Part shown: piece by piece, positions 48,475 to 56,866 of the stretch
Layout of the letters: the number at the start of each line of letters is the position of its first letter
Numbering within the stretch: position 1 is the stretch's first letter
Assembly: GCA_002335425.1 (NCBI GenBank)
Contig: DDCB01000036.1
Location: 11,470 to 75,469 of the forward strand
Direction of reading: 5' to 3'
Length of the DNA: 64,000 nt
DNA from: Chthonomonas sp. UBA2017
Lineage (GTDB): Bacteria > Armatimonadota > Fimbriimonadia > Fimbriimonadales > Fimbriimonadaceae
Made by a program: the position numbers and the translations under genes
The notes under the pieces: model-generated
What the model was told of the DNA's origin: nothing
The model's database searches: none
The model's input: the letters and a program-made list of their open reading frames with translations, nothing else

Positions 48475-49041
48475 GTGGTGTCCCGCATCCTGAACGAATC
48501 TGCCCGAAGCCCTTATGACGCCGACCTGATGTTGGTCGATCGCTTCTTGGCGGGAGATGAGTCCGCCTTCACCCGGATTTATGAGGATTACTACCCGCGC
48601 GTTTTTGCGCTCGCCCGAGGAATCCTGATCGACTCCGATGAGACCGAAGACGCCGTTCAAGAGGTCTTTACACAGATTTATCGCAACCTCGTTCGATTCG
48701 ACCGGCGAAGCAAGCTCAGCACGTGGATCTTTCGCATCACGGTGAACCGGACCATCCAATACGGACGGACTCTCAAGTTCAAGCGACGCCAGGTCGAACT
48801 GGAGCAAGCCGCTCACCAAGCCGCTCCGGATGCTGCCCTTTCCATCGCCGACCCCCGCATCGCTAGCGCCATGCGCAAGCTAGTCGCCAGCGATCGCGCC
48901 GTCTTGACCCTCTACTATTGGCAGGAGTTGAGCTTAGCCGAGATCGGGCAGAGCCTCGGATGCAACGAAAATGCCGCCAAAACAAGGCTCTTTCGGGCTC
49001 GAGATCGATTCAAGAAACTTTACGAGGCCGAACTCGGATGA
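48475..49041 (+). CDS. ECF-type RNA polymerase sigma factor
   Basis: GTG start. Region 2 is DAVQEVFTQIYRNLVRFDRRSKLSTWIFRITVNR. Region 4 is LSLAEIGQSLGCNENAAKTRLFRARDRF. Confidence 0.85.
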   Translation: MVSRILNESARSPYDADLMLVDRFLAGDESAFTRIYEDYYPRVFALARGILIDSDETEDAVQEVFTQIYRNLVRFDRRSKLSTWIFRITVNRTIQYGRTLKFKRRQVELEQAAHQAAPDAALSIADPRIASAMRKLVASDRAVLTLYYWQELSLAEIGQSLGCNENAAKTRLFRARDRFKKLYEAELG

Positions 49042-49844
49042 GCCGAATTCCGCAAGCCCTGGACGAACTCATGTGGCTCTTGGCCGACCAAGAGAGCCCC
49101 GAGGCGATCGACAGCTTCATTCAGAGATACCCGCACCTTCGTCGCGAGATGACCCGACGCGCCCTGGCGGTGAAGGACCTGCGGCAGTCGCGGCCTCAAG
49201 AAGATCGGATTCCCGTTCCGGCGTTCCGAAAGCCGACATCGGGTCCTCTGCCTGCCCCGTTAAAGTCCTTTCGGCTTCAGACCGCCTCGCTCTTTGTGGG
49301 GGCGGCGGGTCTCGTTTTTGCGGCATTTGTCGCCGTGCGAATTGGGCTCGCTCCTGCTGAGCCTGCTTCGGAATCTGCGGCCGCTGTACTGGGCTCCCCA
49401 GAATCTGCTCCGATGCCGGCTCCCATGGGGACTCCGATGACCAAGAACTCGGCCGATCTGGCCCAGGCCGACCGCACGGGCAACGCGAAGGCAGAACCCG
49501 AAGCCGCCACCGCTCCGGCCGAAGGAGCGACTCCTTCGCCGATGGACGCCAGAAGCCCCGAGAACCCCGCCAAGAACCTCGATCTTCGGACCGCCCGCAA
49601 GGTCACGATCCGGATGGAGCAAGCTGACCTCGAGGATGCGGTGCGGCTGGTTTGCGCCAGCGCGGGCCTGGAGGCTCAGATCGCGCCCGGCATGCCACAA
49701 TTCAAAATCAACTTGGAGTATCGCGAAACCCCGGCCCTCGAAATCCTCCGCGAAATGGGGGCGAATTTCGGGTTCTCCGTCTTTGAGCAAGGCCAAGGCG
49801 TGGTTCTCATTGTGCCCGCCGTGGACAGCCGATTCGACCCCTGA
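49038..49844 (+). CDS. putative membrane-anchored anti-sigma factor
   Basis: ATG 49038 overlaps the sigma stop (ATGA). A short N-terminal helix domain is followed by TM helix LFVGAAGLVFAAFVAV. After an Ala/Pro-rich linker comes a C-terminal STN/secretin-N-like module. Assigned by position and architecture only. Confidence 0.5.
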   Translation: MSRIPQALDELMWLLADQESPEAIDSFIQRYPHLRREMTRRALAVKDLRQSRPQEDRIPVPAFRKPTSGPLPAPLKSFRLQTASLFVGAAGLVFAAFVAVRIGLAPAEPASESAAAVLGSPESAPMPAPMGTPMTKNSADLAQADRTGNAKAEPEAATAPAEGATPSPMDARSPENPAKNLDLRTARKVTIRMEQADLEDAVRLVCASAGLEAQIAPGMPQFKINLEYRETPALEILREMGANFGFSVFEQGQGVVLIVPAVDSRFDP

Positions 49845-49898
49845 GGAGCCTTTCGGGCTCGTTCTGCGTCCCAATGATGTAAGTGGGATGGTGAAGCA

Positions 49899-50618
49899 AT
49901 GCCAGAACGAAGTTCCGACCTGATCGAAAACCATTCTGCCGTGGGCATGTCGGCTCTCATCGGCGGAATCGTCGCCTTGTGCCTGGGCCTCTTTGTCTTT
50001 CGCGAGATGTACAAAGAGCTTGCCTACCTGCTCATCATTCTGGGGATCGGCGCGGTGGGCTACGGCGCGTATCGACTCACTCAGATCCGCAAAGTCCCGG
50101 TGGCCAAAGTAAACTGCCCTTATTGCCGAGCGACGAATGTGCTCACCGAGGCTCCGAAGCATGACTTTACATGCACGTCGTGCCACCGGCTTGTCCATGT
50201 GATGAATGGCCGTATCTTAGAAGTCTTTCAGGTGCGATGCGGCTTTTGCAATCACCTCAATTTTTATACCAGCAAGTCAGTCGGCCTGATTTGCGAAGAC
50301 TGCGACCGCGAGATTCCGATCTCCACTGCGGACGGCCAGATGGCTTCCAAGGCGTTTTCGACCTTTTCTCGCCATGATGATGAGGGCTTTTACGAGCTCG
50401 CCCTCACTTCCGCTGGAAACAAAGAAGAAGAGGTGATCGCCACGCTCCAGAAGATGCTTGCTCTCAATCGAAATCAGGTCAAGCAGATGCTCGAAGAGCT
50501 ACCTGTGGTGCTCCTGACCGGGATCCCCAAGAAGAAGGCCGAACTCCTGAGCGCCCAACTCGCCATGCATGGCGCGGTCGCCCAGATCAACCCGCTTGCG
50601 AGCCCGCCCGGGACTTAA
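49899..50618 (+). CDS. 2-TM protein with two CxxC zinc ribbons and an L7/L12 C-terminal-domain-like module
   Basis: The TM pair is ALIGGIVALCLGLFVF / LLIILGIGAVGYGAY. Zinc ribbons are CPYC..CTSC and CGFC..CEDC. The C-terminus NKEEEVIATLQKMLALNRNQVKQMLEELPVVLLTGIPKKKAELLSAQLAMHGAVAQI resembles the ribosomal L7/L12 CTD. Confidence 0.6.
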   Translation: MPERSSDLIENHSAVGMSALIGGIVALCLGLFVFREMYKELAYLLIILGIGAVGYGAYRLTQIRKVPVAKVNCPYCRATNVLTEAPKHDFTCTSCHRLVHVMNGRILEVFQVRCGFCNHLNFYTSKSVGLICEDCDREIPISTADGQMASKAFSTFSRHDDEGFYELALTSAGNKEEEVIATLQKMLALNRNQVKQMLEELPVVLLTGIPKKKAELLSAQLAMHGAVAQINPLASPPGT

Positions 50619-51535
50619 TCTCGGCGAACGAGCTGCCTTCCGCCTGCGATCAAGAGTCCGACCCCCAGCACCGCCGCGACGCCCTGCAAGGCCATCCAAC
50701 CGGGTGAAGCCGCTGCTTGGGAGTTCTCCTTCGCCTCGACCTGAGGAAGATTCTTGGGCCATTCGCCGGCCCACCGAGCCACAACACCACCCGATCCGTT
50801 CTCACGCAGATCGAATATCTTCGTTCCGAAGGGGATAATATTCTCCGGGAAGATTCGAGGCTTGGGGTCCACCATCTTGAATTCAAATCGCCGAATTTTT
50901 CGGCCGAAAGCTTGTAGGGTCCATTCGCCGCGCGTCCGGTCTCGGGAGGTGTTGCCCTCGATCATTAGCTTCATCAGAACGTCAGCACCTGAAAACTCTT
51001 TGAATTCTAACTGGTTCCGCTCGGGTCTCCAGACGATCACCGTCTGAACACCCGTTTTGGATTCGCGAACTAATAGACCCTGTTCATCGATTCTGATCGG
51101 CTGACCTCGCCAATTTGACAAGATAAGGAGCTGCGCAAAGGGTGTCGACAGGTAGGCGGCTCTGTCGGCCGAAATCAGTTCAGCCCCGTAGCCCCGAGTC
51201 GCGAGGCAGATCTCTCCGTCAAAAATCATGACGCGTCGGCCAGGGGGACCCGTTCGGTCGAGCCCTGGAGGTTGCTCGAAATGCATCGCCCGTTTCCCGT
51301 CTTTCATTTTCCCGACGTAGAGCTGAAACGTCTTCCGCCGATCCGATCTTTGAAACTCAACTTCGGCCCTGACCTGGGCGGGGTCGCGCAAAATTATATT
51401 CTGCGGGTGGATGTCTTTGTCGCTAAACTTTGGATCACCGAACTCGGTCTGCGTGATTTGATAAGTCTGAGCACTCGCCACCAGCGCAATAACTTGAGTC
51501 ATCACAATGAAGGCCCCCCGAGCGATTGTTTTCAT
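50615..51535 (-). CDS. hypothetical secreted protein with C-terminal hydrophobic anchor + basic tail
   Basis: ATG 51535 overlaps the upstream stop (ATGA). Signal peptide MKTIARGAFIVMTQVIALVASAQT. The C-terminus is SPGWMALQGVAAVLGVGLLIAGGRQLVRRD. Confidence 0.55.
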   Translation of the reverse strand: MKTIARGAFIVMTQVIALVASAQTYQITQTEFGDPKFSDKDIHPQNIILRDPAQVRAEVEFQRSDRRKTFQLYVGKMKDGKRAMHFEQPPGLDRTGPPGRRVMIFDGEICLATRGYGAELISADRAAYLSTPFAQLLILSNWRGQPIRIDEQGLLVRESKTGVQTVIVWRPERNQLEFKEFSGADVLMKLMIEGNTSRDRTRGEWTLQAFGRKIRRFEFKMVDPKPRIFPENIIPFGTKIFDLRENGSGGVVARWAGEWPKNLPQVEAKENSQAAASPGWMALQGVAAVLGVGLLIAGGRQLVRRD

Positions 51536-51891
51536 GGATTCAATCCGTCGCATTCATAGCCTCGCTCAGACCCTCGGGAAATTGAAATCACATAACTTTC
51601 GTCACAAGAACAACCAAGCGCCGAAATATGGCAAGGGTGAGTTCGAATTTCGTATTGAGCGATCCCACCGTTAGAGGGATCCCAATCTACACAATCATTC
51701 CAGGGATCATAGTGGCACCGACCTTCCAATGTGCGCTTTGTTGCACAAGTACCACTTGCCACAGTACAGTCAGCAAGAACGCACTCGTCAATTCTATTCC
51801 AATCGGTCCAAGCAATCTTGCAATCGTATAGGCCTGATGTGGCGGGCAGGGTCATTGAAAGAACTCCGATACAAAGTAAGAACTTATTCAT
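51532..51891 (-). CDS. small secreted cysteine-rich protein (10 Cys in mature part)
   Basis: 119 aa with signal peptide MNKFLLCIGVLSMTLPATSG. ATGA overlaps occur at both ends. The local DNA is AT-richer. Confidence 0.55.
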   Translation of the reverse strand: MNKFLLCIGVLSMTLPATSGLYDCKIAWTDWNRIDECVLADCTVASGTCATKRTLEGRCHYDPWNDCVDWDPSNGGIAQYEIRTHPCHISALGCSCDESYVISISRGSERGYECDGLNP

Positions 51892-52604
51892 AGTGATTGA
51901 TCTCCTAACGTTTTGAAAATGGGCAACTCACTCCTCTGCTCATGCTCAGTAAGGCGACAAGCGTCAAGAACATTGTCCCCTGGAACAAAGGGCGCAAATT
52001 GAATCACAGTTGGATGAAGAAACCCCACGTGGCCATCGAGAAAGAAATAGCTTCCGAGTCCATTGTACACCGACGATTGGCGAGGCTCAATAATTCGACC
52101 TTCGTGAGATCGCATTTCAGCGTGGTGCTGAAGATAATGATCAGAAGTGTGTGTCACTGGGAGCGCAAAAGTTACTATTCCCTTTTCTCCACGCCACTGT
52201 CCAAAAGTGTGTTCAACAAGCATGACAGTACGGCTCGATCGAAGTCCATAGACACTCACGAGACTTAGGCAATCATTGAGCGCGTATCCTGTAGCAAAAC
52301 TCGCATTCGCATGAATTCCGAAAAGTGGCGGACAAATTTTTTCGGGGTCGGTCTTGCAGTAAGTTCGGATCTGTCGGTACCATGCTCCCTTCGACAAGTC
52401 TTCATTGGAAGCCAGTTGATTCGCGTTGTCCTCAGCATACTGCAACTGCCCAAGACCTAAAATTCGTAAATTCTGGGTGGATTCGACCTTTTTTGCCGAA
52501 ATTCTTGCGCGACTAAAAACCGGAGTGAGCAAGGCCATGAGGACCCCCAAGATCGCCACCACGACCAAGATTTCGATGAGCGTCAACCCTCGGAGCCGCT
52601 TCAC
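51888..52604 (-). CDS. prepilin-type N-terminal cleavage/methylation domain protein, DUF1559-like pseudopilin
   Basis: GTG start. KRLRGLTLIEILVVVAILGVLMALLTPV is a class III signal with a methylation-motif region. The C-terminal FFLDGHVGFL matches the DUF1559 'DGH' region. Confidence 0.8.
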   Translation of the reverse strand: MKRLRGLTLIEILVVVAILGVLMALLTPVFSRARISAKKVESTQNLRILGLGQLQYAEDNANQLASNEDLSKGAWYRQIRTYCKTDPEKICPPLFGIHANASFATGYALNDCLSLVSVYGLRSSRTVMLVEHTFGQWRGEKGIVTFALPVTHTSDHYLQHHAEMRSHEGRIIEPRQSSVYNGLGSYFFLDGHVGFLHPTVIQFAPFVPGDNVLDACRLTEHEQRSELPIFKTLGDQSL

Positions 52605-52918
52605 TTCTTCGCCTCCACCAAAATCGGCGTCACCTTTTTGTTCAAGATGCTTCGCCGGCCCGCGGATTGAACGGTGACGGCAATCCGAAACGGCTCTCGG
52701 GCCATGAGCACGCTCGCTTTGACATAGGTCACCATCGCTTCAGATCGAAAGGGCGCGATTTTCAATTTCGACCGCTCCGCCTTGGAGCAACAGCTCTCCC
52801 CGGCTTCGACTTCGATCGTGCTCAAGGTTCGATTGCGAATTTCGCTTTCAACACGAATCCACTCACTCGTTTTCGCCAAGTTCGACGGGACCCTCGCCGG
52901 CTTGACATCGAGCGTCAC
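52601..52918 (-). CDS. DUF1573-like Ig-fold protein body (N-terminus apparently out of frame; full gene would be 52601-53030)
   Basis: The 105-aa ORF starts at GTG 52918 and has a ..EAGESCCSKA.. motif. The upstream ATG-ATG at 53030/53027 encodes MMKTWHEAAVIELLISQQLGG in another frame, joined through a G9 run. Confidence 0.45.
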   Translation of the reverse strand: MTLDVKPARVPSNLAKTSEWIRVESEIRNRTLSTIEVEAGESCCSKAERSKLKIAPFRSEAMVTYVKASVLMAREPFRIAVTVQSAGRRSILNKKVTPILVEAKK

Positions 52919-52965
52919 CGCGAGCGGATTCGCCTGAATCCAGCCTACGCCTCCGAGGAGAAATA

Positions 52966-52974
52966 CCCCCCCCC
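52966..52974. repeat. C9/G9 homopolymer at the 5' end of the DUF1573-like gene
   Basis: Nine consecutive C on the + strand (aaata-ccccccccc-aattg). Confidence 0.95.
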
Positions 52975-53094
52975 AATTGTTGCGAGATCAACAGTTCGAT
53001 GACGGCTGCTTCGTGCCATGTCTTCATCATAGCAAGATTTTCGCGAAAAGCAAGGGTTTTTGCGAGAATTTTTGAAAATACCGGACTGGGAGGG

Positions 53095-54450
53095 TCAGTC
53101 GTCGCGCTCGCCGCGCGCACGGGTCAGAACGCGGATTCCCGTTCCTTCCAGCGGAAAATGGCGACGAATCTGGTTTTCCAGATACCGCTTGTAGCTGAAA
53201 TGCATCATGTCGGGATCGTTGCAAAACAGCACAAAAGTCGGCGGGCGAGTGCTCACCTGAGTGGCGTAGTAAACCTTCAATAGTTTGCCCTTGGTCGTGA
53301 ATGGCCGAGCAAAAACGGCTTCTTGAATCAAGCGATTCAGATGCCCCGTGGAGATGCGAAAACTCCAGTTTTCCAGCGCCATCAAAACCGTATCCAAAAC
53401 GGCAGAAAGTCCCGACGATTCGAGCGCCGACGTAAACCGAATGGGCGCATAGTTTGTTTCGGGCATTTCGTCTCGAATGATCCGCACCAGATCTTTCTTT
53501 TCCGGGCTGGTTTTTTGCGGCGAACCGTCGGGCGGCTCGACCAGATCCCATTTATTCACCGCAACGACCAAGGCTTTCCCTTCGTCGTGGGCCATCTTCA
53601 TGATCCGCTTGTCCCCGTCGGTCAGCCCTTCGGACCCGTCGACGAGCACAAGCGCCGCATCGCATCGTTCAATCGCGCGGCTACTTCGAAGTGCCATATA
53701 AAACTCGACGGTGCCTTGCACCTTTCCCCGTCGCCGAAGTCCCGCCGTATCGATGAGTCGAAAGGCTTCGTCGCGGTATTGAACCAAGGTGTCCACCGCG
53801 TCCCGAGTCGTGCCCGGGATGTTGCTCACGATCGCCCGCTGTTCGCCGGTAAAGGCGTTCAGGATGGAGCTTTTTCCGACATTAGGACGCCCTACAATCG
53901 CCAGTTTAATCTCTTCAGCTCGTTCGGGCAGCTCGTCGAGCGCAGGAATCCGGGCGATGATCAGATCGAGCAAGTCGGCGACCCCGTCGCCATGAAGACT
54001 GCTGATCGGCATCACTTCATCGCCGATTCCGAGGGCAAAAAATTCGTTCGCCGAAGCTGCACGCTTGGGGTTATCCGCCTTGTTGATGGCTAAAATGACC
54101 GGCACTTTGACGCCGCGAAGCTGATTCGCCAAGTCGTAGTCCCCGGTCGTCAGTCCGTCGACCGCATCCGCCAAAAAAATAATGACATCAGCTTCGGCGA
54201 GGGCGACTTCGGCCTGAACCTTGATCTGCTCCACGAGGGGATCGTCATCGCCAAAAAGGATCCCGCCGGTGTCGATCATGATGAACCGCTTGCTGCCCCA
54301 TTCGGCCTCGGCATAGAGTCGGTCGCGCGTCACCCCTGGTTGGTCTTCGACCACGGCAATGCGTTTGCCCACAATTCGGTTGAAGAGGGTGCTTTTGCCG
54401 ACGTTCGGTCGGCCCACGATCGCAATTTTTGGAAGAGCTTTTTGGTTCAC
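53095..54450 (-). CDS. der: ribosome-associated GTPase Der (EngA), tandem GTPase domains + KH-like domain
   Basis: Two G1 motifs, GRPNVGKSTLFNR and GRPNVGKSSILNA. Two DTAG/DTGG motifs and two NKAD/NKWD motifs. Confidence 0.95.
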   Translation of the reverse strand: MNQKALPKIAIVGRPNVGKSTLFNRIVGKRIAVVEDQPGVTRDRLYAEAEWGSKRFIMIDTGGILFGDDDPLVEQIKVQAEVALAEADVIIFLADAVDGLTTGDYDLANQLRGVKVPVILAINKADNPKRAASANEFFALGIGDEVMPISSLHGDGVADLLDLIIARIPALDELPERAEEIKLAIVGRPNVGKSSILNAFTGEQRAIVSNIPGTTRDAVDTLVQYRDEAFRLIDTAGLRRRGKVQGTVEFYMALRSSRAIERCDAALVLVDGSEGLTDGDKRIMKMAHDEGKALVVAVNKWDLVEPPDGSPQKTSPEKKDLVRIIRDEMPETNYAPIRFTSALESSGLSAVLDTVLMALENWSFRISTGHLNRLIQEAVFARPFTTKGKLLKVYYATQVSTRPPTFVLFCNDPDMMHFSYKRYLENQIRRHFPLEGTGIRVLTRARGERDD

Positions 54451-54507
54451 GGGGCTCTGGCGTTGTACCCGATTCTGCGAGGCTCTCTTGGGTATGGTGA
54501 AAGGGTC

Positions 54508-55083
54508 GTGGTTCGTGTTCTTGGGATTTTTCTGAGTTGTGCGGGTGGGCTTAGCGTTGCTTCACTGGGCCGCGCCAGGCCCACCGAAGGCTCTTCGTGG
54601 TCGATCTATGCCGGGGCGGTGCGCTCGGTGCCAATTCTGGGAACGAGCGATGAGCGATTCGGGATCGTGGCAGGGATTCAGTACTTGCATCGCGACCCCC
54701 GATTCGACTACGGCCAGGTGCCCGGGTACCTGGTTTTGGAGGGTTACTACCTGGGCACGAGCGGCGGCATTCAGCCTTTCCCCCGAGATCGCGCCAATGC
54801 CCTGGGAGGCCTCGTGATGATCCGATACGTCTGGGAGCCAAAAGGCCGACTTCCCGGGACGTTCTTCGAGTTCGGATGGGGTCTTCAATACTCCGACCGC
54901 ACGAGTCGCGATCTCGATGCCCACTGGAACTCAACTCCGACGCTCGGGGGCGGCTTCTTGCTTCGCCTCAACCAACGCACCGTGACGGTCGGGGCGCGCC
55001 TGCACCATATCAGCAATGCCGGCACCAAAGGCGGAAACCGGGGTCAAAATCAGGTCCATTTCTTCGTCGGCTGGTCGTTTTAA
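54508..55083 (+). CDS. acyloxyacyl hydrolase / PagL-like lipid A deacylase family outer-membrane protein
   Basis: The C-terminal signature is ..GARLHHISNAGTKGGNRGQNQVHFFVGWSF. The ORF is open from 54340 but overlaps der. GTG 54508 gives a signal-like VRVLGIFLSCAGGLSVASLG. The start is uncertain. Confidence 0.6.
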   Translation: MVRVLGIFLSCAGGLSVASLGRARPTEGSSWSIYAGAVRSVPILGTSDERFGIVAGIQYLHRDPRFDYGQVPGYLVLEGYYLGTSGGIQPFPRDRANALGGLVMIRYVWEPKGRLPGTFFEFGWGLQYSDRTSRDLDAHWNSTPTLGGGFLLRLNQRTVTVGARLHHISNAGTKGGNRGQNQVHFFVGWSF

Positions 55084-55107
55084 TCCCGGTACAATGCGGA
55101 CAGAAAG

Positions 55108-56802
55108 ATGGGCGACGGTTGGGGCCTTTTGTTCGAACTTTTGGTCGCCCTTTCGGCGGCACTTGTTTTCGGCGTCCTCTTCGAAAAGCTGAAGCAGTCG
55201 GCGGTAGTCGGCTACCTTTTGGCCGGAATTCTTGTCGGCCCGAGCGTCGCCGGACTCGTGAAGAGCGGCCAAACGATTACCCAACTCGCCGAAATCGGCG
55301 TCGCGCTCCTTCTTTTCACCATCGGCCTCGAATTTAGTTGGCGTCGACTGCTGAAGATGGGGCGTTTGGCTCTGGTGGGCGGGACGTTGCAGGTGCTGGT
55401 GACGCTCGGGATCGCTTTCGTCGTGAGCCTGGGCTTTCGGCTCGATTGGAAGACCGGCCTGGTCATTGGCGCGGCCGTCTCGCTCAGTTCGACCGCAGTC
55501 ATTTTACGGATTCTGAGCGATCAAAGTGACGTCGATAGTGTCCACGGCAAAGCGACGATTGGCGTGCTCCTCACTCAGGATGTTCTCGTGGTGCCCCTCG
55601 TTTTGATGGTGACCTTTTTGGGCACCGGCTCGGGCGAAAAAGGGGTGCTCGCGACTCTCGGCGAGACGGCGGCCAAAGCGACGATTTTCGCAATCGTCCT
55701 CGGACTCACGGCCAGCTTACTTCTGCCTCGAATTCTGAGCATTCGGACGATGGCACGCAATCGCGAGCTGCCAATTTTGGTCGCGATCAGCAGCTGCATC
55801 GGAGCAACTTGGGCCGCTCATGCGGCCGGACTCTCGCCCGCTCTTGGGGCGTTCATGGCGGGAATCTTGCTGGCCGACACCCGCTTCAGCGAGCAGATGC
55901 GAGCGGACGTTTTGCCCTTCAAGACCCTCTTTTTGACCCTCTTCTTCGCGAGCATCGGCATGCTGGCTGATGCGAAGTGGATCTTTCAAAACTGGCCCCA
56001 AGTACTCACAGTAGCAACGCTGATCGTCGTGGGCAAATCGATCTTGACCTTCTGTTGCATTCGCTCCTTTATGCCGTCTGTCATTGGCGCGTTGGCCGCG
56101 AGCCTGATGCTCGCCCAGGTCGGCGAGTTCTCATTTGTGCTGAGCCGGATTGCCCTGGAAAATGGCCTCATGGAGCAAGAGCTAATGCAGCTGCTTCTTT
56201 CGAGCTCGATCCTGACGCTCCTCGTCACACCCTACCTGGTCAAGCTTGGACCCCGATGGGCACGCCGAATCGCGAAGTATCTCGTGCCCGCCCGGCGGCT
56301 CGCCAGCCAAGAGATCGAATCCCACCGAGCGGCTGGGCTCAAGGGGCACGTGATTTTGGTGGGGTACGGAGACTCGGGCCAGGCGGCGGCTCGGGAGCTT
56401 GCCGATGCCGATGGCGTCCAGGTGTTTGTGCTTGAAATCGACGACCGACTCGTCGGGTTGGCCTGCGAACACGGCCACAAGGCCCAACTCGGAGACGCCT
56501 CACAAGCAAGCATTCTGGATCACGTTCGGATCGGAGATGCATGTGCCATTATCGTCGCCGTGCCGGACATCAACCAGTGCCGGCTGATTTTGTCCCAGGC
56601 CCGGGCGATCGCTCCCCACGTCCCCCTGGTGGCCCGCGCGCGATATGCGCTCCACCGAGACGAGCTCGACATGGGCGGCGCCAGCGTCGTGATCGACGAA
56701 GAAACGACGACGGGAATCCATCTCGGGCGCGCCGCGCTCAAGCTCCGCAAGGGTGAAGTGCTGTTAGTGGGCGACGAGAGCACCGGATACGACACTCGAT
56801 AA
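55108..56802 (+). CDS. monovalent cation:proton antiporter-2 (Kef-type) with C-terminal RCK/TrkA-N domain
   Basis: About 12 TM helices in a Na_H exchanger fold. The C-terminal Rossmann-like motif is HVILVGYGDSGQAAAREL. Confidence 0.85.
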   Translation: MGDGWGLLFELLVALSAALVFGVLFEKLKQSAVVGYLLAGILVGPSVAGLVKSGQTITQLAEIGVALLLFTIGLEFSWRRLLKMGRLALVGGTLQVLVTLGIAFVVSLGFRLDWKTGLVIGAAVSLSSTAVILRILSDQSDVDSVHGKATIGVLLTQDVLVVPLVLMVTFLGTGSGEKGVLATLGETAAKATIFAIVLGLTASLLLPRILSIRTMARNRELPILVAISSCIGATWAAHAAGLSPALGAFMAGILLADTRFSEQMRADVLPFKTLFLTLFFASIGMLADAKWIFQNWPQVLTVATLIVVGKSILTFCCIRSFMPSVIGALAASLMLAQVGEFSFVLSRIALENGLMEQELMQLLLSSSILTLLVTPYLVKLGPRWARRIAKYLVPARRLASQEIESHRAAGLKGHVILVGYGDSGQAAARELADADGVQVFVLEIDDRLVGLACEHGHKAQLGDASQASILDHVRIGDACAIIVAVPDINQCRLILSQARAIAPHVPLVARARYALHRDELDMGGASVVIDEETTTGIHLGRAALKLRKGEVLLVGDESTGYDTR

Positions 56803-56866
56803 AAGATAAAACCGGCTTCGGGCCGAGGCCCTCCGCCGGTCCGTCCTACCTGTGACTTGATCGCGG

